Shown here piece by piece: positions 21,534-34,259 of a stretch of 64,000 nt of DNA (the first letter of the stretch is position 1; each line of letters starts with the position of its first letter). The DNA lies in the NCBI GenBank assembly GCA_051530055.1, contig CM121341.1, forward strand, positions 8,534,784-8,598,783, in the 5' to 3' direction. Under the pieces are notes generated by a model. That model was not told the DNA's origin. It ran no database searches and worked only from the letters and a program-made list of their open reading frames with translations. Origin of the DNA: Neoechinorhynchus agilis. Lineage: Eukaryota > Animalia > Acanthocephala. Made by a program: the position numbers and the translations under genes.

Positions 21534-22570
21534 TGGATCCGGCGGAATCGGACAGACTTCTCAAGTACGGCCGAATGCCAAGAAAGCTGGATTTAAGATC
21601 GACCCAACAGATAATTTTTTGAAATCTGTTGAAGGTTCCGGTGGATCCAGTGTCACATCCAACATCGGTGTCACACGGAGCAATCCAGAATTGAAGATTT
21701 CTCAGGAATGGTGTCCACAACCTCTATTTTCCTAGAACAAAGGTTTCATCTTTTTAAAATCGGAAGCAGGAATGGAAAACTATCTTGGGTCACGAAGAGT
21801 TCCAACAACAAGATTATTCAATGCATTACGATAAGGGAGCACTTTAACAACAATTATCGAATTTCAAGAAAATTGTAATGATTATATAGACAGTGCAACC
21901 GTCGGAATGAATATCCTCAACAATAAAAATAAAGAGTCAACGAGATGTCAGCTAAGTAAGAAGATATTCAAGTGTCGATGCTTCATTCGTTATATTGGTC
22001 TAATCGATAATAAACTTGGATAGAAATGGGGATTTTCGATGGATATCGATACACGGAGCAATCGACATATTGGTGCCACAAATTATGATTATTAACATTA
22101 AAAGAGTTTACAAGAACAAGGAATTCACAAATGATTATTTTCAAACTATGTTAATGATCCTAGAAGAAAAATCCTACGAAATCGCTTCTGAATTTATGAA
22201 TGTCCTTACGAACAAGTCGAGAATGTCGATATTCGTTCAAAGATGCATTAAAGTTAAAAACATGATTTGAAAGTCATAGCATTACTTTTTAACGCTTCCC
22301 GGACCATCGAAACACCAAAAAAGTTGCATACAGTGTCCATAATTCATATTTAAAACACACATTAGGAGTTTCTAAACAATTTCTTAAATATGTGTGATTT
22401 CATGATGAAATCGTACGTGAATTATCGCTCAAACTCCACAAAGATAATATTTGAACTCGTCTTACGGTGAAGTGGAATTTGTGCTTGGAGGAAATATCTA
22501 CCAGGTTTTAGAATTCATCAACCGAACCCATTTCCTTTGTTAAACCAGTGTTTGGAATTGATGGTTGATT
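21534..22570 (+). other. Fragmented coding-like segments, possibly an unidentified multi-exon gene
   Basis: Successive short open frames with protein-like composition (e.g. 22016-22270); no homology recognised. Confidence 0.25.
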
Positions 22571-23559
22571 GAAACTTATTTCTTCCAATTTTAAATTAAA
22601 CTTTCAGCATATAAGAAAGCCCGGTAAATCGGTTGCTGCTTAATACGGCCTGTAGATATTCAAGTGTAAAAGTAAATTTCAAAGGCCTGTGAAATATAAT
22701 TAAATGGTTCTTCGCAGCATTGGTAGTAATTTTAAGTGTACTCTTTTCATTTTTATGACCTCGTTTAACTCAAAGCTCTTTGTACATAAGAATTTTAGAC
22801 TTTTCTTTGTTTAGTTAAAAGAAACATTAGGTCGAGTTTTACGACCAGTCAATTTCTTCAACAATTTTAATAATATAATCTGTTTCTATTAGGGATTCTT
22901 TAACCTAAAGTAACTTCCTTCAATCCATTTGTTTTGTTTCTTATCGTGAAAATTATCTAAATATTTCATATACCGAAAAACCCAATATTTCAATTCTAAA
23001 CAGAACAATTAAGCCATGAATATTAAATTTAGCATTCATTCCTTAATTTTTAGGCTGATTTCCTCTTCCAGAATCTTGGTATCACGTGCAAATTAGTTTC
23101 TGTGATCATGCCGCCAATAGAAAATCAAGCGCACCCTCTTTTTTGAAATCTGATTGGTTAAAACTATACGCAGCGAGCTATCACCGTCTGTACGAGTGCA
23201 TCTAATTCACTTTTGACAGTGCAAGTTATTTCAATCTCTACTGCTTTTCAACTTGTGAATTAACTTATCCCAACTGCTGTCTAACCTACGAACTAACTTT
23301 AACTAGTGCTGAAACTACGAACCTTCTTCTCAATGAACGAACTCACACTTATTTCTAGTAGGTAAGATATTTTTCTAAGATTTAGGTAATCCACAAATAA
23401 AGTCCACGATGCCCACTCTCGCGTATTATAGCTTAATATGTTCATGACTCATAGATATGCCTAAAACGATTTAACGACTTTCTAAAAGGTCCTTATTCGC
23501 TTGTTTAAAGCTTATTTATATTATTCTGCAGTGCCTGTATTCTTCGAAAGAGTGCACTT

Positions 23560-24730
23560 CATTGACGATGACACGAATCAAATGATTTACTCCATTATGA
23601 ATAAGAAGGCTGGAATTCGTCTATACAATACTAAAGGAATCGCTCTCAGAAGCACATTCAAGAAGAGTAACATTGAGCCGGCTCATGGGATTTATAGAAT
23701 GCACTGTGAGCCGTGTGAGAAAGTCTATATCGGACAAACGATTTAAACTGCGAACGTAGTCCACCGCATCCCTCGCAAAGATTGCGAAATGGCCTACGTA
23801 GGTGAAGCAATGCGGCGTTTCACTGCACGGCTGCGGGAGCCATTCTTAATCACGCTCATTTAACCACACAATCGGATTCGACAAGACCGACGTCCTCTGC
23901 ACAGAAAAGAGAAAATTCCAACGACTGATAAAAGAGTCCATATATATTGAGATGGCCTGGAAGGGAACAAAGCAAAAGTTTCGCTCTAATTACCTTTAGT
24001 TGGCCTAAACACACTCAGGGAGGCCGCTCTTCGTCTACGAACTTGACGATCCCGGGTCCCGAGTCAAAACGGAAACAATCATGGGAGTGTTGTGAAGAAT
24101 GTCTCTGTTATTTTAGATTGAATTGACAATGACCGATTCAATCAGTAGAAATGTATACATTCGTCTTTAACGCGATCTCCCTCGGGTAAAGACAAACGAC
24201 CATAATATATCCCACCAATTAGGCGATCCGACAGGCACTTAAGAAAGAGAGATATTCAAGACCAAATCTACCAACAAAAAGTCCAGCTGCGACAATCATC
24301 AGTTCCGAATTCGTAGGCGATTTTTGTTCGAATCTCATTCGAAGGATGAGTTTGACACTGAAAGTCGCTAAGGGCATTCCATCTCTCGTCGAGGAGGTCA
24401 ATTTAATTAGGGATACTTTTAAAAACAAACTACAATTGCTAAAGAATTAGTTCGCAGCCGCAACCAAATGGTTTTGTGGTTTTCTTAACGCTTTACCAAT
24501 GCCGTCGATTGATTTCTAAAATTGGTGATTGCTCCTTTGGTCTCGCTTTGGCGTGGATTGCTCAATCTCATTGATTTGCAACTGAGATGCCAAGACGTAG
24601 ACACCAAAGGAATCCATGAACTTGATTGTCCGAAAACGATACATCGCCACAGCTTGGCTAATACTCTAATACGCAAGGCTTCGCCAGCGGCATTGCATCT
24701 CTCTTCGAGGAGGTCAATTTAATTAGGGAA
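23560..24730. mobile_element. Penelope-like element fragments (GIY-YIG endonuclease remnants)
   Basis: GIYRMHCEPCEKVYIGQT and VVHRIPRKDCEMAYVGEAMRRF..RLREP; ~23743-24250 is duplicated at ~29659-30190. Confidence 0.7.
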
Positions 24731-25491
24731 TGAAATCGATAACCTTACGAGTGATTGTTTTTGTATGATAGAGATTCAAAAAATAAAATATTGAAAGCTT
24801 TTACGTTACTATTATCAAAAATATAAGTAGAATAGAAATTTTTCGATTGATAAAATTGCCTTTGTTTAAATAATTTTTCGTTGAACTATTCAGCTGCAGT
24901 TACTAATTATCAATAATCCACAATTCGATACTAAATAAATAATTTGTTTTTTAGCGTTTTTTATGTGTTCAATTTCACAAGCTCTAGAGCTTACGTATCA
25001 TCACCTACAACAATATTTTGAGGCTCAATGCTTGCACGATTCAATCTTTCGATGTCTTTAACTTCCCTCGTGTTCGTTGCGATAAACCATTAGGTAATCA
25101 CAAGTTTAATCTATAAAAATTATTTTCCAGCCTAGTAGAGTTTCATTAAAAACGCAATAATTTGAATTTTCGCGTTTTAGCTTTTGCTAACTCGGTGGGT
25201 AGACATTTTGTATGAGTCCAAAATGTTAAAAGAGCTACTTTGTTTAGTCAGTTTTGATAAGATCTTTTATTTGTCATGAAAATCCAAAGTGTTCCTTTTA
25301 CAAACAACCGTAGCGCCGATTATCGTTGTATAAAATCAATAAGCAATTTCAGTCTTTTTACTTTCTGGGATTTACTTCAATTATTTTAACAAGAACGATT
25401 AAATTTCATCACTGTGCCTTTTTCGTGTATCATTAATTATTTCTAGAAAAAACAGGGAAAATTACGCAAAAATTGAAAAGCTCAAGAAAAA

Positions 25492-27220
25492 ATGTCAAAT
25501 TCAATTCCAAATGTGGACATTGAAGATATCTTGCGAAAGATGTCGTCAATTAATTTATATTTCACTAGAACAAGTTTATGGCAGACTTGGATGTTTTTGA
25601 TCAATTCATCCTTCCGTATTATGTCATCTATGACTTCGCTTATTGATTATTTCACGAATAATGCTGATTATACATGTTGGATCCCGGATAATGTATCGAT
25701 GAGCGACGCAATTCCAATTAATGCAGATGGAAAATTCGAAAAATGTAAAGTCTTTGAGAATTATACTTCACTGTCAAATAAAATAATACCCTGCCCTAAC
25801 GGCTACATCCACCCGCTACCCGATGACAGATCGCTGGTGTTCACCTTTGATCTATACTGCGATCGGGAATACTTAAAGGATATTCCACAGTCAGCCTTCT
25901 TCGTAGGAGCAGCAATCGGTTCAGCCGTTTTGTCAATGTTTGGCGACAATTTTGGTAAGAAACCAATTGCTCTTATCGGAACTTGGCTCAATATCATATG
26001 CGGAATCGGCTGTGCGCTTTCAAATACCATCTAAATCGGATGCTTCCGATCAGCTAAAACCATTATATCTTTCTTATTGATCGGAATCACCTTGATATTT
26101 ATTTATAGTATTCCGTTTTTTATCTGGAATTTGCTGGCAGATGTGTACTCTCTCTTCTTATATTCTCAGTGTTGAAGTCTTTGCAGCGCAATACCGAGGC
26201 ATCCAGTGTATAATGGCTAATTTCATTTGGGGTATAGGAATGTTAATGTTGGATTTAGTCGCTTATTTTGTTAGAGGATGGCGGAATCTTTATTTGACAG
26301 TTTATGTTCCAGTCGCAATAACTGTACTCTATTATTGGATTATGAGAGAAAGTTTATTTTGGCTAGCTGTTCATAAACGACAAGCTGATGTAAATAAAAT
26401 ATTAACCGAAGCATACAAAATGAATTCAACGAAACAACAAGATCAAATGTTTCTTTCACTTGACGACGATATCGGACTAATAGCCGATGATTCAGAGGCC
26501 CCAACTAGTGTACCGCTGCCAAATCGGATAAAGAAAAACTTAAAAGCAATGTTTTCGTCAATTGTGTTTCCATATTCGTTGTTTTGTGGATGTCTACTGA
26601 TTTCATTGGCTTCTTTTGGTTACTTCGGATTAACTCTATCAGCATCCGCATTTTCGTCCAACGTCTACCTCCATTTCTTTATTACAACTATTATTGAAAT
26701 TCCACAGTTTGTCTCATCTAGCGTTGCAACGAAATTCTTCGGACGAAAAACTCTAAGTCTTTTCAGCAATCTTTTGCTTGTACTCATATCTATAATATTT
26801 GCTATCCTTCCTTCAAGCAATAAAGAAGCTTTGAATGTCTTCAATCACATTGCAAAGTTGTCGGCAGCGGCTAATGCTGATATTGTTTGGATTTTCGCAA
26901 CAGAGCTATTTCCAACGAGGTACAGACAATTTGGATTAGGAATTGCGGTCTCTTGGAGTCGAATCATAACAGCTTTTAGTCCTTTCTTGAAAGATCTACT
27001 GACTTCTCAAAGACTCGTAGCTATGCTTTCGATTGGAGGTTTTGCACTTTTGGTTGCCATCCTGCTAATCTTTTTACCTGAGACAAAATACCATACGATG
27101 GCAGAACTTTCTGATATGAAGGGGCTACGACAATGTGCAAGAGAAACGTTTAGTTGGATGCCGAGGAAGCCAAAAGATGAACAAGTATCGGAGCTTCAGG
27201 ATATAACAAATGGAGATTAG
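25492..27220 (+). CDS. SLC22-family organic cation/anion transporter (MFS), copy 1; exons 25492-26032 and 26097-27220
   Basis: TFDLYCDR, DNFGKKP, FRFLSG, FATELFPTRYRQFGLG and FLPETK motifs; exons joined by a 64-nt AA-AT intron giving SNTIYLFIVFRFLSG. Confidence 0.9.
26033..26096 (+). other. 64-nt non-canonical intron T|AA...AT| with internal inverted repeat
   Basis: No GT donor between the end of the conserved upstream coding block and the downstream frame; TTCCGATCA / TGATCGGAA inverted repeat. Confidence 0.75.
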
Positions 27221-27879
27221 TGCGAATGTCCAGGAATTGATTTAAAGAAATAAAAGGACATTTTGTGACGGATTGTAGGTAGAGATTAAAATTGACACAG
27301 CTAAGATATTTTTAAAGAAAGGTTTCCGGTTGTGTATTGGATAGCGATATTTTGCTGCACGAATAATGTAGTCGATTCGTCCAAAGCGTTCATGAGAAAA
27401 ATATTTTCAATCCCTCGTCGACCGTAGTTAAGTTGTTCAATCAGCATTTGCGATTGGATTAATTAATAAGACCACATTTTGCAGATTCCGCTATCTTCAA
27501 TAGAATCATCATGTCCAAAAAGTCCAGCGTAATATTGAGCTGTGAGTTCGCTGTTAAAATAGCAATCGGCTGGAATCATCTTAAACTGCTTTCTTTGTGT
27601 GCCATTCACCGTGTTCGTTTGGCCCAGGGACGATGGGTACACGGTCGGGTACTTCCAAACCGATTCTCTGCTTGGAGGATGAATTCGGCAGATAATACCC
27701 GTTCGAAATTGGTTTAAGTCGAAGGATATCAATAAGAAAGGGGCAGATGCTACAACGGGTTGTTAAAGCTACGATTCTAAATCACTGAAGTTACGATCGC
27801 AAGGCATAGAATGATTATTAGCGATGTTGAAGAAAGCGATAATAACTCTGCCAGCATTATGGACACGACCTCCGCCGAC

Positions 27880-29090
27880 AACGAGCTGGAACGTTGAATT
27901 TGGTAATAAAGAATTCGATGAAGTCCGAAAATCCAAAACGTATTCGGTACAAGAATCACGCAAGAGACTTAGGAAATAGAGAGATATCAACAGATTTGGT
28001 TTGATGGCTTCACAGTCCTTCACCAGTCTATTATTCAGGAATCATACAAACGACGATTTAGGGAATTGAAATTTAAAGAAAATTCCATGGAGTCCGAAAA
28101 TCCAAAATGTATTCGGTGCAAGAATCACGCAAGAGACTTAGGAAATAGAGAGATATCAACAGATTTGGTTAGATGGCTTCACAGTCCTTCTGTAGTCTAT
28201 TATTCAGGAATCATACAAACGACGATTTGGAGAATTCAATTTAAAAGAAAATTCCATAGAGTCAGAAAATCCAAAACGTATAGGAAATAGAGAGATATCA
28301 CCAAATTTGGTTTGATGGCTTCACAGTCCTTCTGTAGTCTATTATTCAGAAATCATACAAACGACGATTTAGGGAATTGAAATTTAATTAAAATCCATGG
28401 AGTCAGAAAATCCAAAACGTATTCGGTACAAGAATCACGCAAGAGACCTAGGAAATAGAGAGATGTCACCAGATTTGGTTAGATGGCTACCACATTCCTT
28501 CACCAGTCTATTATTCAGGAATCATACAAACGACGATTTGGAGAATTCAATTTAAAGAAAATTCCATGAAATTAGACAGAAAATCCAAAGCGTAGAGGAA
28601 ATAGAGAGATATCACCAAATTTGGTTTGATGGCTTCACAGTCCTTCTGTAGTCTATTATTCAGGAATCATACAAACGACGATTTAGGAATTAGAATTTAA
28701 TTAAAATCCATGGGAATTGAAAAATCCAAAACGTATTCGGTACAAGAATCACGCAAGAGACCTAGGAAATAGAGAGATGTCACCAGATTTGGTTAGATGG
28801 CTACACAGTCCTTCACCAGTCTATTATTCAGGAATCATACAAACGACGACTTGGGGAATTCAATTTAAAAGAAAATTCCATAGAGTCAGAAAATCCAAAA
28901 CGTATAGGAAATAGAGAGATATCACCAGATTTGGTTCGATGGCTTCACAGTCCTTCTGTAGTCTATTATTCAGGAATCATACAAACGACAACTATGGAAT
29001 TGGAATCGAAAATTTCATGGAGTCAGAAAATCCAAAGCGTATTCATTACAAGAATCACGCAAGAGACTTAGGAAATAAAGAATGCGCGTG
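27880..29090 (+). repeat. Complex tandem repeat with alternating ~140 and ~170 bp units
   Basis: Recurring GAAAATCCAAAACGTA..., AAGAATCACGCAAGAGAC and GGCTTCACAGTCCTTC blocks; start of the array is duplicated at ~63667-64000. Confidence 0.9.
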
Positions 29091-29199
29091 ATATAAAGAT
29101 CGATGGTGTCAATGTCCTTTAGCTGTTAATTATGTAAGAATAATCCAAACGCCGACTAGGGAATTGAATTCCAACCAAGATTCCCTCAATAATGAGTTA

Positions 29200-30960
29200 G
29201 CAATATGCTCAAAGAAATGGCTATCCAATCTCCATGACAAAATTGGCTTCATGGAAGGAAAGCAGTGTGCCGGGAGCCCAAACGGAGGACCTTCATAGGT
29301 TCACCATTCGTCGATGATGAGTTATTCAGTGCAATTAACAATCTGATAAAGGAAGTTGCGCCTAAAGATATCGACACAAAGAAAGCTCGAGCATTGAACT
29401 CCATGGTTAAGAAACGAGATGAGCATGAAAGCAAAGTGTACGAGATTCCCTGCGTCGAATGGGATAAATCCTATGTAGGCCAAACAAATAATTTGGAAAA
29501 AAAAGAACCAAAGAAGACAAATATGCGCTCTGAGGAGGGGCATCGATTCCAGTTCTGCGATAACGAGACCATGCGAAGTGAATTCAAATTGGATCGCTCT
29601 TAATGGAAGCCCTATTTATTCGCCAGGTTGAAACAGTGGACCGGGGAATACGACGGACTTTAAACTGCGAACGTAGTCCACCGCATCCCTCGCAAAGATT
29701 GCGAAATGGCCTACGTAGGTGAAGCAATGCGGCGTTTCACTGCACGGCTGCGGGAGCCATTCTTAATCACGCTCATTTAACCACACAATCGGATTCGACA
29801 AGACCGACGTCCTCTGCACAGAAAAGAGAAAATTCCAACGACTGATAAAAGAGCCCATATATATTGAGATGGCCTGGAAGGGAACAAAGCAAAAGTTTCG
29901 CTCTAATTACCTTTAGTTGGCCTAAACACACTCAGGGAGGCCGCTCTTCGTCTACGAACTTGACGATCCCGGGTCCCGAGTCAAAACGGAAACAATCATG
30001 GGAGTGTTGTGAAGAATGTCTCTGTTATTTTAGATTGAATTGACAATGACCGATTCAATCAGTAGAAATGTATACATTCGTCTTTAACGCGATCTCCCTC
30101 GGGTAAAGACAAACGACCATAATATATCCCACCAATTAGGCGATCCGACAGGCACTTAAGAAAGAGAGATAGTTCCGAATTCGTAGACGATTTTTGTTCG
30201 AATCTTATTCGCAGGATGAGTTTGACACTGAAATTTATATTACTTCTTGAAATGATTAGAATTTCATTTTTAAAAATCCCAAACCTTAAGAATAGCAAAA
30301 TCATGGAAGAGTGCAAGTAGCTTGTCCATTAATGCATAGCACATTCAAGAAGAGTAAAATTGAGCCGGGTCATGGGATTTATAGAATGCACTGTGAACCG
30401 TGTGAGAAAGTAAGGAAGTTTGTGTTTTTCACTAGTAATGAGGAACATGACATAGACGATTCAATGATTGGCGCTTAAAAATTCTATTATTTGTGTGGCA
30501 ACGACTTTTTTGGGGGTGCTTTAGAGCAAACTTTTAGAGGCATGATTCGGGTTGGTATTTTTGAGGTAGATCCGATTGTTTTTGGAGCCACAATCTTGTA
30601 CGCGTTTATCACAAACTTGATATTGTGGCTCCGAAAACAATTGGATCTAATAAATTCTTTTAAGTTTTTAAGCCATAAACCAGAAAAAAATTCTCTATTC
30701 TCAAACTTTAGGTTAATAAAAAAATTCAACTCCTAATCATATCTCCCACTGATCTACAATCCCGTGAGCAGCATTCGTCGGCAATCTCTAACCATCAAGA
30801 AACACGTAAGCATCGAGTGGATCTTGGTGGCACCAACTTTATAGAAATAGAGCAAAACTTAAAAAGACGGTTCGTTTTGGAGGCTTTACACATCGCCGTG
30901 TCCAATACGCGACGTGTTAAAAAAACAATACTAAAATCATGGAAGAAACGTAGTATAGCG
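29200..30960 (+). mobile_element. Cluster of Penelope-like fragments
   Basis: VYEIPCVEWDKSYVGQTNNLE, duplicated GIY-YIG block, and KRRFVLEALHI (GIY-YIG C-terminus). Confidence 0.7.
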
Positions 30961-32541
30961 CACGGGGTTCGAGCGGATAATTATTATTATTATTATTATT
31001 TCACGCCTCATACAACATACACACAATCAATCTCTTAATTCCTCTTTCTTGCTTGATCTAATATGTCTCGGGCCCAAGATGGCTGTGAGTTGTGGGACGA
31101 TCTCTTAAATCCCCTCACAGCAGCCTCGAAAACCCTTCTTTTAATTGTTAAGTAATAATAATCCTTTTCTTGTCCTGATCCTGTAAAAAAGAGAATAACA
31201 TGAAAAAATCACTTACCTCATTCGTGTTAAGTATATTAGTTTGATTAATGGGTAAAAAAACTAGATGGTTTATTGAAAAAAATTCTAAGAATTGAGGAGT
31301 TGTAATTAAAATATTTACAGCTAGAATAACAATAAGAATAAAACCAAATTTTAGACAAAAAAATTCTTGTTAAAAAGGAAAAAGGGGTTCCGTATCAATA
31401 TTATTTTTAATAAGAATACTGCTAAGCTTATTCAGCATAGTAAGATAAAATGATAGTCTGTTTTCTGGGGGCCGGCCTCGTAGCGGATAATTGGCCCGAA
31501 CTTCGGGTTTGGCGATCCCGCACTCTCGAGCTTAAAATGCTGAATGAGGAAAACATATTTTTAGATGACTGATGAGGCGAGGTTATCTCTTTCGAAATAT
31601 TTCTTATAAATCAAACAGATGATGACCGGGATTATTTTCACAAAAATCATACTTTGACTAACCCGAAGGATTTTCTACCGATGCTTATTTATATGTATAT
31701 TCATGCTACTCGAAAATAGATGAACTCGGTCAAAGGTCTAAGCGATACAAGTGGAAGACCTCTTGGTGCTTCCCGATTTTAGACACAAACACTAGCTTAG
31801 ATAATTGAGTATGACACTGAAATTTATATTATTTCTTTAAATGACGAGAATTTCATTTTTAAAAATCCCACCCTTTAAGAATAGCTCAATCGTGGAAGAG
31901 TGCAAGTAGCTTGTCCATTAATGCATTCGGATGTTTGTTCTTGATTACTTCCATGAAAATTTTAATTAAATAAGTCGCTAAGGATTTTTAAACATCCATT
32001 GTTTCTTAAAGTGATCTTTCGCTTCAGGATAAAGCCATCGAATTAATTTATTCCGAAGTAAAATTAATTTTTTTCGACATATTAAAAGACCTTGTTAGCT
32101 ATAATCTTAAAGCTCTATGAGTTTTTCAGCTGATAAATATGCAATCCAAGAGAATCGAGAAATCCAAGAACCTCCAATGATGAGCAAACACAGAACTTGT
32201 TTTTTTAACTCATTGAACAGTTTTTGCGCGATTTAAAAATCGAACATAGCTTCAGAAGCTAATTTAACGGTTCCTTTTTATATCGTGCAAGAAATCTAAT
32301 TCTTCCTTTATAGCTCACTGTTTCCCATACTCATCGCCATTCATTTAAACTCACTGAGCTGGAGTTTCGGTTCCTCATTTTAGTAATTTTCGAGGCACTT
32401 TTATGGGTCAAAACCATTAAATATTTATAATGGCCATCTTTAATTTCCTTTTTAAAAATTCAGAACGTATCTATTGCCCTATCGATCGTTCTATTGATCT
32501 TCAATTATCCTAATGTACTTTATTTTAGATTTCAACTTACA

Positions 32542-33897
32542 ATGGAGAGTCCTGACGCCTTTATTGATGCCTTTATTGACAAATTGGTGGAAACTAAGCA
32601 AACTGCAATTAGTGTCGCGGATCTCACTCCTCCGGACTTTAATCCTTCAACAATGCTCCTCTACATGTACAAAATCAGTTTAACTCACCGATTTCTAAGT
32701 TTATTGTCGGACGAATACAGCACAAAATTCACTCTGGCTTTAAATACAAAAATCATGAGATGTAGGTTTTATCCATCATGCAATCAGGATTGCAAATATA
32801 TTCATGGTTGCAAATACTTTTTAACAACTCTCAAAGGAGGCTGTACAAAAGGCCGAAAATGTGCATTTGACCACGATCTCAAGTCAGAACACAATCTCCA
32901 GGCAGCCAAGTTCCATGGTGCCGATAAAGTAAAAATCCGAACTCTCAAAAAGATCTTATTTATAACGGATTTTGAGACTGGTCATATGCTTAGATTGTGC
33001 GAGGGTTGTACGATGGATAAACAGTGCCAGAAAGTTCATGCGTGCTTTTATTTTGTGGCAAGCAATAGTTGCCGATTCGGCCCAAACTGCCATAATCCAC
33101 ACAGTGTGGTAAATTGGGAGAATAAAGATATTCTCAAGAAACATGGATTTGAATCGGTGTGTGATGACGATATGCTTGCTTATATGAAAGCAATCTACGG
33201 TGAACCAAGCTTTCCTGTCATTGGACCAACAACTCAATTTACAATACTAACATCAGCGAATGCTGAAAAGCTAGCTCAAATGACCCAAAAGTCACTGCCT
33301 TCCTCGATTGCTCCTGAAAATCTAAAATGCACCTTTGCTTTGCGTGTACGAATTCAGGAAATCTTTAATTCATGTCGCGCAGTGAACATGGTCAACATTC
33401 TGAGCGGGCAGTATCCCGTCATGTCAACGACTATTAGTCATCTATTTAACGCCACAATCTCGGACACCGATTACAAGATAACTTCCTTGCGAAGAATCGA
33501 TTCTCCAGAACTAGCATCAAATTTTGCGGGAGTGGAGCACCTTCAATCACAGTGCATATCAGAATACTGGGGATTCTATGGAATTCCATTTCAAGGAATG
33601 GTTTTCCGCCTATCAATGTATGGATTTTCACTATCAGATGAAAAATCAATATCAAAACAGAAGGACATGATTGCGTTCAGAGCTTCAATGGCTCATGAAT
33701 ACACAACCCCCGGTGATAAGGGCCAAAGACGAATGATGGTTGTGCGATGCAAATTGACAGGGCCTCCAAAAGATTTGGACTCAATGGTACCAATAGTCGT
33801 GACGAGTGATTTTTATCCGGAGTTTCTAATCACTTATGGCAAAGAAGAGGACAAAAAGATAAACGAGGAGGACGAAGAGGAGAAGGCCACCGAGTGA
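32542..33897 (+). CDS. CCCH zinc-finger protein with a degenerate C-terminal PARP/ART-like domain (PARP12/ZAP-like), intronless
   Basis: CCCH fingers (CKYFLTTLKGGCTKGRKCAFDH; CFYFVASNSCRFGPNCHNPH); C-terminal GFYGIP..., AFRASMAHEY, RRMMVVR and YPEFLITY resemble the PARP fold; ATG 13 nt after TTTTAG. Confidence 0.75.
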   Translation: MESPDAFIDAFIDKLVETKQTAISVADLTPPDFNPSTMLLYMYKISLTHRFLSLLSDEYSTKFTLALNTKIMRCRFYPSCNQDCKYIHGCKYFLTTLKGGCTKGRKCAFDHDLKSEHNLQAAKFHGADKVKIRTLKKILFITDFETGHMLRLCEGCTMDKQCQKVHACFYFVASNSCRFGPNCHNPHSVVNWENKDILKKHGFESVCDDDMLAYMKAIYGEPSFPVIGPTTQFTILTSANAEKLAQMTQKSLPSSIAPENLKCTFALRVRIQEIFNSCRAVNMVNILSGQYPVMSTTISHLFNATISDTDYKITSLRRIDSPELASNFAGVEHLQSQCISEYWGFYGIPFQGMVFRLSMYGFSLSDEKSISKQKDMIAFRASMAHEYTTPGDKGQRRMMVVRCKLTGPPKDLDSMVPIVVTSDFYPEFLITYGKEEDKKINEEDEEEKATE

Positions 33898-34259
33898 ATT
33901 CGGTGGATGCGCTGTATTCGTGTGTTTAGTTCAGATGAAAAATTGTGTTTTTGTAAATGCTTAGCAGTAGGTTTAAAAAATAAATGTCATATATCATTGT
34001 CCTCGGAGTAAATTTGATTGTACGATGGCAATTCCTGTCCCCGGTGTTATCGATACTCATTTATTTATTTGCGAAATATTTCACAATGTTTTCCTTGCCT
34101 CTTCAGTCGCTATCTAAAATGGAGATGATATAAACAGCATGTCTGGATGCAACTCAGATCCGCGGGTCAGAGTGTAGTTTGATTTGTTGCCTTCCATCGT
34201 TGTATTCCCCCGGATGTGTGGATGTATGCAACGGTAATTTCCTACGTTGCACCGTAGGT

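Larger units (their letters stand above)
24730..28213 (+). repeat. Segmental duplication, copy 1 (copy 2 at 59820-64000)
   Basis: Near-identical direct repeat, offset 35787 over the SLC22 locus; only a few substitutions seen. Confidence 0.95.

Noticed and set aside
25492-27220. TAA read-through (ciliate-like code) to explain in-frame stops in SLC22, SOD2 and the 19039 gene
   Set aside because: SLC22 also needs a frame change (64 nt), the SOD2 segment has a TGA as well, and SOD2 and IST1 terminate normally at TAA.
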